In this document: one piece after another, positions 51,960 through 64,000 of the stretch
Layout of the letters: each line of letters begins with the position of its first letter
How positions within the stretch are numbered: position 1 is the stretch's first letter
Assembly (NCBI RefSeq): GCF_009914755.1
Contig: NC_060926.1
From: the human T2T-CHM13v2.0 reference genome, Homo sapiens
DNA: 64,000 nucleotides
Direction: 5' to 3' (one strand)
The notes under the pieces: generated by a model
What the model was told of the DNA's origin: nothing
Seen by the model: the letters and a program-made list of their open reading frames with translations, nothing else
The model's database searches: none
Program-made: the position numbers and the translations under genes

Positions 51960-54900
51960 AGACCCCCCACCCTTATCAAAAAATATAAAAGATATTACAG
52001 ATAAAATTGAAGTCCACAACCATTCTTGCCCTGCCCATCACCAGACTCACCAACTCTCCATCTCTGAGGAGATATTACCATTCTAAAATTAAGGCATCAT
52101 ATTATGTCCATGATTTTTTACTTTTACTCTAACTATATGTAAGAGTCTGTATGTATGTGTGTGTCAACATATATTTGGATATGTTATATACATGATAATA
52201 TGATAAATATACATATACACATAAGCAGTGTGTATGTTAATTTCTTATTTTGAAAAAATATATATATTTTATAAATCCTGTAACATCTTTTTTGTTAAGA
52301 AATATATTTAGAATCTACCCCTTTTAAACAGGTAGATCTTGTATATTAATTTTAACTGATGAACAATATTTCTTTGGATGAATGTATTATATTTTCTTAT
52401 TCATTCACCTGCTATTAGATAACTATGCTATTTTCATTTTTTCCCTTTGACACAGTTCCATTAAATCCTTTAGATGTCTCCTTGTGAATATTTATGAGAT
52501 GGAATTGTTGAGTGTTATATATAAACAGCACTAACCAGTCTCTATGACTTCATCAAAATATCTTTCGTTTTTGAGATAGAGCTTATAAAATCATTGTATG
52601 AATTTATATTTGTATCAAAGTGTAAAATACTTTTTATTTGCTCTCATTTTCAATAACACTACATATTGTCAGACTTCTTGATTTTTTACAAATTTTTTTG
52701 TTAAATTATAATTGTTTTGACTTGCATGTCTTAGATTACTAACAAAGTTGAGCAGCTTGTGAATTTAATATAAATTCTCATTTTGTCTTTCCTATTCACC
52801 TGATTTGTCTATTTTTCTAAAAAATAATTCTTCTTATCGATTAACAGAAGGCTTTATTTATGTTTTGAATGGTAATTTTGTCTTAAATATATAGTTTATT
52901 TATGTACTCTCATACAGGGTTTAACAGTGAGTTTTAGTCACCTAATATTTTGTTAGCAGGTTTAATTATAATCTAATAAAATATATTTATCTTTATTTAG
53001 GATTTGTACTTATTTCTGGTATTAAAAAATACATCTATATTCATCTCTCCAATAAGAGTATTTAATTTTAGATATATCGCTTTGCTGGAGGGGAATTTCA
53101 CTTTTTATAGGTTCTAAATTACTTTACTTTTTATAAATGGTATATATCTTTCCCCCCAGCATCTTTAAAATGAAAAAATCATAGCTATTTTTAATGTTTC
53201 TTTTGCTATATTTAATATTGGGTTAATATCTCAGTGTATTTCTATTTTTTTTTACTACTATAAGGTTTCCTGCTCTATTATATGCCTAATTTTTTTAATG
53301 GAAGTGTATATTGTGTATGCTATGTTGTAATGGCTTTGGATGTTGTTAAATCTCTCTAAAGAGTTTTAAATTTTGTTAAGCAGTTTCCTTTGTTTGTTTT
53401 GTTAAGCAGTTCTTGGGTAATTTGGATTCATGCCTGGCAGATGGGTTAATTTTAGTTGCAGCCTTTCTGTTAGAGCATTGCAATATTGTAGATCTCAACT
53501 AAAAGTCCAAGCTTTGCTAGTTTTTCTGTTTTTTAGAAAAGTCTGTGCTTGTCTGTGCTCTCTGATCCTAAAAGTTATGCTCTGCTAGGCCTCTCTGACT
53601 TTCTTTGTATATGTGCTGATTGTGAGTTGGTCAAGAACTCGAGAATAGGGAGATTCCTCATGGGCACCCTATTTCTAACACCCTGTCCCTAAAGTCCCAG
53701 CTTCCTGGTAGCCCTAATTCCAGTCATTATTTTCTCTACCCAGAAAGATGGTTGCTCTCTACATAGGCTCAACTTCATGAAGCAACTTGAAAAAAATTCC
53801 TCAGAGAGAAGACTAAGGTGATTGTTGGGTTCAATTTATGGTGAATTCAAGGATTATAGGCCACTATTGATTGTGGTTCAATGGCTGCAAAGAACTGTGC
53901 TATATATTTTGACTAGATTTTATAAATTTTTACAGCAGGAAAGTGAATCCAACATCAGCTAAACAATTATGGTCAGAAATAATGGAAATATTAATTTCAC
54001 ATATATATTAAACTAAATATTTTATTGATACTTTTAATTTGTCAGTATGCATTAGTTTAACCAATATTATGTTAATTTATCCCATATTACTGTGTTTTCA
54101 TTTCTTTTAGCAATGTTTTTATTGAAAGTCTAATGGGAACAAGTTCTCACAGTTTTATTTGTTTGCTTCCTAATGTGTTGTTTAAATTTTTTTAATTTAA
54201 TTTTAGGTTTGAAGAATAATTCTCTGAGGCATTGTGACACATACTGGCAGTTATTTTCTATCATTTAAAATGTTATTTCGTTACTTTCTAGCTCACATTT
54301 TTTCATTTGAGTGTTCATATTTTCATCTTTATCTTACTCTTATACAGTATCCCATTTTTCTGACTGCTTTAAATCTTTTCTTATTATCTTTTGTATTCAA
54401 AGTCTGATTATGACATAACCTTCTGTACTTTCTTCCTAATAATCTTGTTCAAGACTCAGCAAGCTTCATAACTCTATGGCTGAAAGAGGATGTCTTCAAA
54501 TATGTGTTTGTTTTCTTTCCAATAACCCTCTTTTCTCCTTTGGGGAACTTCTATTAAATACATGTTAATCTTCTCACCATGTCATGTCTTATAGGCTTTA
54601 CTGAATTTTTCTCTTCTTTTTTTCCTTTTTTGTGTTTCATTTAAGATATATTTACTGGCCTACTTTCAGGGGATTTTTAAATATTAACACAGTCTACTGA
54701 ATTCCTAATTTTTGTATTTTTATTTTTTAAAAAATTTCATGAAATTAATTTAATTACCATATTTTTAGTTTTAGAATAGCTATTTGATTTTTTATCGGTT
54801 CTAACATTTTCTTATTTGTAGTAATTATAAATTTCTAGTCTGCCAGTGAAAAATTTGTATTGTCATTCATTAGTTTATGTCATTTTTCTCTTGATTTTGA

Positions 54901-55010
54901 CGCATTTGGTCCTGTTTCTTGTAATGCCTAATGTGTAAATTATCAATCCATAGGCTCTCAGCTTCAAATGTGCCTTTCATTGTTCTGCTTGTGATACTGA
55001 AAAATTTCTT
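51960..55010 (-). mobile_element. Old L1ME-type tract
   Basis: Antisense L1M phrases: 'ttattcattcacctgctattagat', 'ttagattactaacaaagttgagcagc', 'ctggcagttattttcta'. Boundaries approximate. Confidence 0.6.
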
Positions 55011-55076
55011 ATTTGCCAGGTGGCATAATTTTAAGCTTTTTAAGTAGAGGGCATTAAAGGTATACAAACTTCTTTC

Positions 55077-55078
55077 GC

Positions 55079-55118
<40 letters not shown>
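55077..55118. repeat. (GT)n microsatellite
   Basis: Read directly from the sequence. Confidence 0.95.
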
Positions 55119-55119
<1 letters not shown>

Positions 55120-55394
55120 TCAGCCTGCCACCCAGGCTGGAATGGGTTGCAGTGGCGTGATCTCAGCTCACTGCAACCTCTGTCTCCCCAGCTCGAGCAA
55201 CTCTTATGCCTCAGCCTCCTGAATAGCTGGGATTATAGTGCATGCCACGATGCCCGGCTAATTCTTGTTCTTTTACTACAAATGGGGTTTCACTATGTTG
55301 GCCAGGCTGATCTCGAGCTCCTGGCCTCAAGTGATCTGCCCACCTCAACCTCCCAAAGTTCTGGAATTACAGGCATGAGCCACTGTGCCTGGCC
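55119..55394 (-). mobile_element. AluJb-like
   Basis: Diverged dimer; 'ctcctggcctcaagtgatctgccc'. Confidence 0.9.
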
Positions 55395-56080
55395 TGAAAA
55401 CTGCTTACTATTTCCTCTTGAAAGGCTCCTGCAGCAAGTAGCAGCCATTAGTGCATGGAACATTTCCAAGGGCAACATTTCCTCAAACCCTCAAATTCCC
55501 AGAGAGAATCTTCCAAGTGTACTACTTGTGATAGGTGATTCCCAGTAAGCCTCATGTATGTATATAAATTTTTCCACAAAAAACTCCTCCCAGCACTCCA
55601 TTGGTTTCTTTTGGACTCCAGATACAGCATCTCCCAACTGATGGCTTTGTTTTGCACTCCAGAGGACAGACTCCTAGCTACTTTCACAGCACAGAATTTT
55701 TATGTGGTTGGCCTTCCTGAACCACCAAAGGAATGAATTCCTAAAGATGTCTACCAGTGTGATAACTCAAAATGGCTCCACTGCTTAGTGGATCATAGCA
55801 GTGTACGTTCTCAGAAGTTCTAGAGATGAGGAGTACTCTTTCAGATTTCCTTCTTAAATTTGTGCTCTGCTTTATCCCTAAGGGTAGTGATTCTCTTTAT
55901 AACTGATATCCCTCAATTTTTCAGAGTCTTCTTTCCCCTTGGTTGCTAATATACCATTACTATGATCCCCTATTTTGTTAACAACTTTTTATAATAATCT
56001 TTCCTCATTCAAATTGCTCTGCAGTTTATGAATCCTGATTGGCCCATAGTTAGGTCCTAAATCGGTACCAGGAGTGATCC

Positions 56081-56715
56081 TGTGGCAGGCCGGATCTCAT
56101 AACAACTGTTTGAGTGCTGAGTGGTTAAATTCTAAAAGCTATTTAAGAGCCAATGCCCTTATACAAAGGCTAGAATGTAACAAAAGTCCACGAAGAGTTT
56201 TGCCTAGGCCTTTCCTGGACCTTAAAGCATGACAAAATAATGAAGGAATTTTTAACAAGAACTGTTTAGGATTAAACAAGTTTTATTGGGGGTTTGAAGA
56301 GACTCCCCAGGCCTCTACAAACAAGTTTATTGGGGGTCTGAAGGAACTCCTCAAAACTCCATGATTTATCAGGAGACAAGATAAGGGTAATCAACCCAGC
56401 ACCTAGACCCATTTAGATTAAGTAAATTTACTGAGGCTCCAGAGGAAGGCCTTCAGGACGCTGACCTTAGTTATAGATTTAAGGAAGTTAATCACTTATG
56501 TCTTTAGATGAAGACACACTTAAATGCAGGCATATAGCTTAGAAGGTATAATAAGCTCTGGAAAACGTTGTAATTTTGAGCTGGTCTGGAGATTATTTCC
56601 AGGCCTTGTCCCTGTAACTGGTTACAGAAATAAAAACTCTCTTCCTCTCCAGTTCATCTGCATCTTGTTACTGGACCACGAGAAACAGCCCGACCTTCAG
56701 TTTGGTAGGGGAACA
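56081..56715 (+). mobile_element. ERV1 LTR (LTR29-like, MER4 group)
   Basis: TG...CA ends ('tgtggcaggcc...ggggaaca'), TATA-like 'tatataag', AATAAA, followed by a PBS. Confidence 0.75.
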
Positions 56716-56720
56716 AAAGT

Positions 56721-56738
56721 TGGCGAGCCAGCCAGGAG
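56721..56738 (+). promoter_or_regulatory. Primer binding site complementary to tRNA-Arg(ACG)
   Basis: TGGCGAGCCAGCCAGGAG is the reverse complement of the tRNA-Arg(ACG) 3' end (...CTCCTGGCTGGCTCGCCA, recalled sequence). Confidence 0.85.
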
Positions 56739-59700
56739 AGAATAGGATAGTGCTGCATTCAGTGGCCAGCAGCTTGCCACTAGACAATCTTCAGGAGAAT
56801 CCAGTAGCTGCTGGGTGAGATTTTCCCAGGGACCCTCCCAAGGGCTGTCCCATGTGCAAAATTACATGTCCCTTTCACTACTGGGAAGAAAGGAGATCAG
56901 AAGCAGGTGCACTTGAAGTGTGAGTTAACTGAATCCTATGCCGGGAGCCTATTGTTTCCCTCTCTGGGCTCATTAAGCCATTCGTGTGGTACTGCCAGGG
57001 TAGCAATAGGGCTGGCTCATACACCTGCTTTGCATTTCAGTTAAGGTCAGGTTTTGAGTTGCTTTTCAGTCTGTTCTGCCTGAGTGCACTCCCCCTTGTG
57101 TTTGTCTGAAATCCGTCTCCACTTGTTTGTGTTATCTGTCTTGTCCCTTTTGATACTGTGTAAACTTGAAAATGAGAAGTATTGGGTCCATTTCTGCTGA
57201 GAGACCTCTGGGAAGGAAAAAAGATTGTTTTAGGAGCTCAATGGTTAAAAGTCAGCTTAATTAAAAGCTAACATTTAAGATGTGTATGTGTGCATGTATG
57301 TGTGTGTTTGTATTTAAAAGGCCTTCATGTCTTGTTTTTGTTTATTTCTCTCCCAGGACTTTGTGTTTTGGAGCAAAAATATTTTTCTTCTCAGTTTACT
57401 GAATTCCATTTTCTTCATTAATAGCTGTTGAAACAGAAGTTGCCCCGGGGGTTTTAAGAAAAATTCCAGTTTACGTACTTAGAAATGTCTTGTTTGGCAA
57501 AAATGTTTTAAGTACACTGTAAAAGCATCACATGGTTTAGCCTTATAATAATTCTCCCTTTTAAGCAAAACAGAATTCAGTGCAGGTATCTTATAAAATG
57601 CTGTGACAGATTTCTGTAATAATATGTTTGATCTAGCATCCATCTTTAATCTACCTCTAGCACCACCAGACTTTTTATCTGTGTACCTTGAGATGTAAAT
57701 TTTGCTCTCTGATTTTTCACCTAAGAGTGGTTGCCTTCAATATGCAGATTTAAGCATATTTAGATGACAATTTCCAGGGTAAGAAACCAGCTTATCAAGA
57801 GTTTGCAAGTCTAAGAAAAAAATGACGTTTTATGAATCTATAAAATGTACTTCTATTGGCATGCCTAATACAGCTGTGTATTATGTGTCGTGTACACAGT
57901 ATCTCACTACTGAAAAAATAAAAAGAGCTCTAATTAATTGGCTTAAAGAAAATAAAAGCACTTAAATCAAATACTTTAGCAGAAAAAAGAAAAGACTGGT
58001 CAAATGCTTTTCCAAGTTTACGTGACTTAAGTAAAATATTTAATAAATTAGCTAGCTTTAAAATTATTGGTAAAGTAATATTAGAAATGTCTTAAGAATT
58101 ATAAGCATACATTTTTTTGTTTGCATTTATTGATTAAGCAATTTCATACTTATCCCAACCAAATACTATAAAGTATCAAAATTTGGCATAGAGGCTACAA
58201 AACTATAAACTCAGCCCAAAACAGAATAATCTTTGCTTATGTAACTTTTAATGAATAAAATATTAATATTGGTTTAATGAAAATAGCTACATCTTGAATT
58301 CGTTAGTAAAATACTATAAATTGTAATCATGTGGCTTGAGGCAATCCAGTCCATAGGCATGAAAAAAGTTTGTTCTGAGAAAGGACTGTTACCATCTTTG
58401 TTTCAAAGCTACACTATAAACTAAATTAATGAACAAGAATAGCTTGGAGGTTAGAAGCAAGTTCAGATCTTTTTCACTCTCTCGGTTATAATTTTGCAAT
58501 GGTGGTTTCATCACTTTAAATAAAAACTATCACCTTTTTAATAAATTATCTAGATAAATAATTAAAATAAATAATTAGGTAAATGTAATGGGATAAATAC
58601 AAACAAGCTTGTCATAATTTAGAATCTAAAGTTATATTAAACAATAGATATTTTATTATTTAGGTATTTTCCAATAAAAATATATTGAAGAAAAACATTC
58701 TTTCTAAAAATTGTGTCCTTTTTAAAGGGTAATTGATTTTTGTCTAATTCGAAGCTGATTTAAAGGTTATATATAAAACAAGGTAAAAGGAACGAGGAAA
58801 TAAGAGGGATATAAAGTTATAAAAATAAAGAGGTATTTTTGGTTTAAAAAAAAAAGCTTACAGAAAGATTTTATATAGGCAACGATCTTATATGGTAAAT
58901 TCTTGTCCTAAAGTAAAATAACTTGTTGTTTAAAAAGAGGGAATGTTTAGGACAAGTCAGAAAGTCAAAGCATGTCAGATTGTTTAAGTTGTGAAATAAT
59001 TACTAAAGGGGAATTTATGCAAGAAATGCTGTACAGCTTAAAAGTGATTAGGCCTCCTAAATGCTTCATAAAATGCTACTCCAACTCTTAATTGTACAAC
59101 TTGCCTATTTACAGCTAAGTAAGGCCTGGGACCTGTGAACTTAGATGCTGAAAAAAGTCAGACCTTATCTGCACTCCTTAATTTTACATAATTTAAATCC
59201 CAAACTTATTAAGGTTTTTACCAAAAGTAAAAGTTACCAAGAGTTGACAGTGTAATATGTATTTGAGACTACTGAAGAAACAGTTTTACATGCAAAGTGT
59301 GTAAGGAAAGTAGAATATACTTTTGGTTAAAAGATTATAAGAAGGCATGGGAATGTGTTTTTTTTTAATTTTTTTTTGCCTAAGTTAAAAGCTATAAGGA
59401 TTATTTTAAGTTACAAAGAATAAAGCTGAAGGTTTAAGCAAGTTGTGGAAGATTGATTGTAAAGAAAATTCTGTGTGTAAACATATTGGCTAAAGTTAAA
59501 GGGGTATTATTCAGTTTTTCTGTAAATTAAACATTGAAATAAAAGCACAACAGGTTTCTCTTACAGCACTAATCTGCTCTTCAACAAAAATTATAAAGGT
59601 ATAAAGGTTTATGACAATCGTAAGTTATGGTCAAACATTAAAATTGGATAAATATGTCTATAAGGCTTTATTAAGAATTAGGTTTAACATCAATAGTACA

Positions 59701-59776
59701 CTAATATAAAGATGAAATTTGGCTTATTTGGTACAAAAGTCATACAAGAAACACTGTCAAATATAAAACTGGGTTT

Positions 59777-60121
<345 letters not shown>

Positions 60122-60299
60122 TTATTAGTATATGTTCTAAAATTATGGACAACTTCTATAATTCTGATATATCTTAGTTACATTATCAGTAATCATTATA
60201 ATTGTTACATTAAATAATTGTGTGCCACAGAGGTAACAGATTTCTTTGTCAATTGTGTCTGATTTGTTTCCTTTGTTTGAATATCTGTGGTAACATCAC

Positions 60300-61902
60300 C
60301 TGGGACAGATGACTACCCTATCCTCCATTTAACTCACCAATTTAATCTTTCAGATCTCACAGAATGACTGTGAGCTATTCAGTATTTAATCTGACAATGA
60401 CTTCAATTGCAACTACTCTTCCAGATATAGCATCCTTACTGGAACAAATCAAGATGGCTCCTAGAATTTAGTGTGTAGCTGTTCACATAGTTAATGCCTT
60501 TTCCTCCTATACCATTGTTCAAGGACTATTGAAAGCAATTTGTTTTTATCTGGTGAGACCAAGAACAGACTTTCAAAGTCTTGCCCCTTGACTGTGTCAA
60601 TTCTCTTGTTCTATGCCATAATATAGTCAACAGTGGTCTTGATTTTGTCATTCCATAAAACATCATACAGGTGCTCTACATTAACCATATTACACCGATT
60701 GATTTTTGATGAGCAGGAAGTAACAAGTATTGTAAATTGTTCACTAAGACATGCAGATTTGAGAGTGCATAATAAATCATACAAAAATTTAGGATACCAC
60801 CATCTCAGTGAAGTGTTCCGCAACCTCACATCATTGTCCCCCATCTGAAGGTTTAGTGATCTAGAGCTTCTGAATATATACCTTACACTGTAAATGTTAA
60901 ACTTCTTCTCTTTATAGCACCTACCATAAAAACATGCAAACATTTGGATTTTGGAAACAACATATACCACATTTGAATATGATACTTAGATCAACACAGA
61001 GTCACATAAACAATCATCAGTTTCAAGTAAGGACAAGAGCAACAAGAGACTCAGAAATAAGTTCAGACCACACTTCAAACCACTCTACCATTTGGGTCTT
61101 ACAATCCAGAAGATTCAAATGATAATTAAAGTGTCTTTCAGCTAAACTGAAATATTATATTAAACTAGTGGACAGCAAAAATAAGAGAATCTATGACTAA
61201 GCAGTAGATCAGGCATGTCCAGATGGTACACTTAATATAAACAAGAAGGTAATTTGGACCCTTTTGATATCAAATCTTTGGCATTTCCTCCTCTTCCTCA
61301 ATCTATGTGTCCAGAGGCTTTTATGGTTTGCGTGTTCCCTAATACCCATTGACTAAGGAAGAAAAAGCTCAATCCTGGCTTAGAGATAGCTCTATGTGAC
61401 ATGCACATATTAGTCAAAAATGTATAGGTAAGGTGTCATAGACCCACTCAGAAGTAATTCTGAACAAGTGTGATATAAAATATTCTAAACAGACAAAACT
61501 TCAAGCAGTACATTGACATTTGATTGCTCACTTTGTTTGGTGTCAGAGATATTCAGAAGCGCGAATCTGCACTAATTCATGGGGAGTTATTAATTGGTTG
61601 GCTGGATGGTCAGAGACTTGGAAAATAGCAGAAGTTAAGGACTGGTGATCAAGAAATTTGTGGAAGAGGTATGGATGGACCTTTCAGAATTGGCACAGAC
61701 TGAAGAAATTTGATTTCCATGTGAATGTCTACAAAAAGTATTCCCTGTAGAGTAGGCTGTTCATAATCAGAAGGACAAAAATGACACACTCTGTGAGTAT
61801 CAAAAGGCTTTTCCCCAGCCACCCTATTGCTTGGAAAATAAATCTGTGAACAAAGTAGCCATGCTGGCAGAAATATAAGCTATTTATGGGCTCAAAACAA
61901 CG
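60300..61902 (+). pseudogene. Decayed ERVL-class pol (RT, RNase H, start of IN)
   Basis: Frame-broken matches to SPFNSP, RMTVDY, LPD.ASLLEQI, EQEV, TNSWGVINWLAGWSETW, ICGRGM, EQSSHAGR of HERVL-type Pol. Confidence 0.8.
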
Positions 61903-61904
61903 TA

Positions 61905-64000
61905 TAGGCGTGCCTAAGAGACACTGCAAGTTTGATTCTGAAGGACCACAATAAAGTGAATTTCACAATAAAGCATGACACACAATTTTTTTGGTTTCCC
62001 AGAACACATAAAACTTATGTTTAGAGTATACTGTAGTCTATTAAGTGTGCAAAGGTGTTTTGTCTAAAAACACAATGTACATACCTTAGTTAAAAATACC
62101 TTAAGACTAGGTGCAGTGGTTCACATCTGTAATCCAAACATTTCTGGAGGCTGAGGCAGAGGAATTGCTTGAGCCCAGGAGATCAAGACCACATGCCTGT
62201 GGTCCCAGCTACTCAGGAAGCTGACGTGGGCGGATCTCTTGAGGCCAGGAGGTCAAGGCTGCAGTGAGCTGTTTTTGTACCACTGCACTCCAGCCTGCAA
62301 AACAGAGAAAGATCCTGTCTCAATAAAAATAAAAATACTTTATTGCTAAAACATGCTAGCAACCTCTACAGCCTTCAATAAGTCATAATCTTTTTGTTGG
62401 TGGGGAGTTTTGCTTCAATGTGCATGACTGCTGACTGATCAGGGTGGTGGTTGCTGAAGGATGCGGTGGCTGTAGTTATTGTTTAAAATAAGGTGGATAT
62501 GAAGTTTGCTATATCTACTGACTTCTTTTCACAAAATATTGCTCTGTAGCATGTGATGCTGTATGATAGCATTTTGCTGAAGGTAAAACTTCTTTCAAAA
62601 CTAAGGTCAGTCTTCTTGAAGGCCTGCCAAGGTTATGTAATAAACTTTGTCAACTAAGTATGTGTAACTCAGTTTTGTAATAGTTCAGATATTTTGCTAT
62701 AATTTCAGCAATGTTCACAACATCTTCACCAGGTGTAGATTCCATCTCAAGAAATCACTTTCTTTGCTCATCCATAAGAAACACCTTCTCTTCCACTGAA
62801 ATTTTATCAGTCCCATCTTCAGGTCCCACTTCTAATTCTAGTTCTCTTGCTATTTTTACCATATCTGCAGTCACTTGTCCACTAAAGTTTTGAGCTCGTA
62901 AAAGTCATCTGTGAGGTTGAAACCAACTTCTTCCAAACTCCTGATGATGTTGATTTTTTGACCTCCTTCCATGGATCATGAATATTCTTACAGGCATGTA
63001 GAACAGTGAATCTTTTCCAGAAAGTTCTCAGTTGATTTTGCCCAGATTCATTAGAGAAATCACTGTCTATGGCAGCTATAGTCTTATGAAATGTATTTCT
63101 TAAATAATAAGACTTGAAATTGAAATTTGAAATTATTTCTTGTTCCATGGGCTACCAAATTTACATTGTGCTAACAAGCATGAAAGCAACATTAATCTCC
63201 TTGAATGAACATCTCCATCAGAGCTCTTGGGCAACTGGGTACATTGCCAATTGGCAGTAATATTTAAAAAATTTTTTTTTTCTGAACAGTAGGTCTCAAC
63301 AGTGTCCTTAAAATATTCATTTTACCATGCTGTAAACAGATGTACTGTCATCCAGGTTTTGCTCTTCCATTTATAAAGGTTTAACGTAATTCTTAAGGAC
63401 CCTAGGATTTTCAGAATGGCAAATAAGCACTGGCCTTACTAAAATCACCAGTTGCATTAGCTCCCAAAGACAGAGTTAACTTGTCTTTGAAGTACTGAAG
63501 CCAAACATTGACTTATCCTCTCTAGCTATGAAAGCCCTAGAAGGTATCTTTTTCCAATTTAGGGCTGTATCATCTATGTTGAAAATCTGTTGTTTAGTAT
63601 AGCCATCTTCAGCAATGATATTAGCTAGATCTTCTGGATAACTTGCTGTAGCTTCTACATCATTGCTTGCTGCTTCACCTTGCACTTTTATGTCATGGTG
63701 CGTAAAATCTCATGAACCAATCTCTTCTAGCTTCAGGCTTTTCTTTTACACCCTTCTGACCTCTGTCAGCTTCACAGAATTGAAGAGAGGATTAGGGCCT
63801 TGCTCTGAATTAGGATTTAGTTTACAGAAATGTTGTGGCTGGTTTGATCTTCTATCTAGACAACTAAAACTTTCTTCCTATTAGCAATAAGACTGTTGTA
63901 TTTTTTTTATTATCTGTGTGCTCACTGGAATAACACTTTTAATTTTCTTCAAGAACTTTTCTTTTGCATTCTACATCTTGGCTAATTGTTTGAGATAAGT
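61905..64000 (-). mobile_element. Tigger1 DNA transposon (3' part; runs off the window)
   Basis: TA plus TIR 'taggcgtgcct...gaccacaataaag'; transposase remnants [35 protein letters not shown]. Confidence 0.95.
62105..62336 (+). mobile_element. AluJ with central deletion, inside Tigger1
   Basis: J-type 'gcttgagcccagga', 'gtcaaggctgcagtgagctg'; TSD aaaaatac[c/t]tta. Confidence 0.9.

Larger units (their letters stand above)
55020..56080 (+). mobile_element. ERVL-class LTR (LTR52-like) plus start of internal sequence with Leu-type PBS; contains an AluJ
   Basis: 3' end 'ttgttaacaacttttt...ttcctcattcaaattgct...tcctgattggccc' followed by 'cggtaccaggagtg'. Confidence 0.5.

Noticed and set aside
55081-55548. 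155-aa ORF
   Set aside because: (GT)n plus antisense Alu read-through.
62882-63685. Transposase-like ORFs
   Set aside because: Frame-disrupted Tigger1 copy, not an intact or domesticated TIGD gene.

Overview
Primate (very probably human) AT-rich, non-coding genomic DNA, either intergenic or deep intronic. No protein-coding gene, RNA gene or CpG island could be supported, and the ORF track is explained by transposon remnants or chance. Much of the window is interspersed repeat: about 13 Alu/FAM/FLAM SINEs, MIRs, L2, one CR1/L3 RT fragment, several old L1M tracts, an L1PREC2/L1PA13-16-type copy, a twin-primed L1PA5-type copy, a full-length THE1A, solo LTRs (MST, MER51, LTR40-like, THE1D, MLT1B), an ERV1-in-ERVL nested chimera, and MER2, MER5A, Tigger4b and Tigger1 DNA transposons. 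The most striking structure the repeats do not explain is an inverted repeat of apparently unique sequence: 179-bp arms at 20002-20180 and 21028-21206, 171/179 identical, with an ~850-bp spacer that contains a candidate 69-nt minus-strand exon. A second stem-loop of similar size (inverted Alu pair, 35537-36971) also encloses a candidate minus-strand exon. Repeat subfamily names come from recalled consensus sequences, not from a database search.
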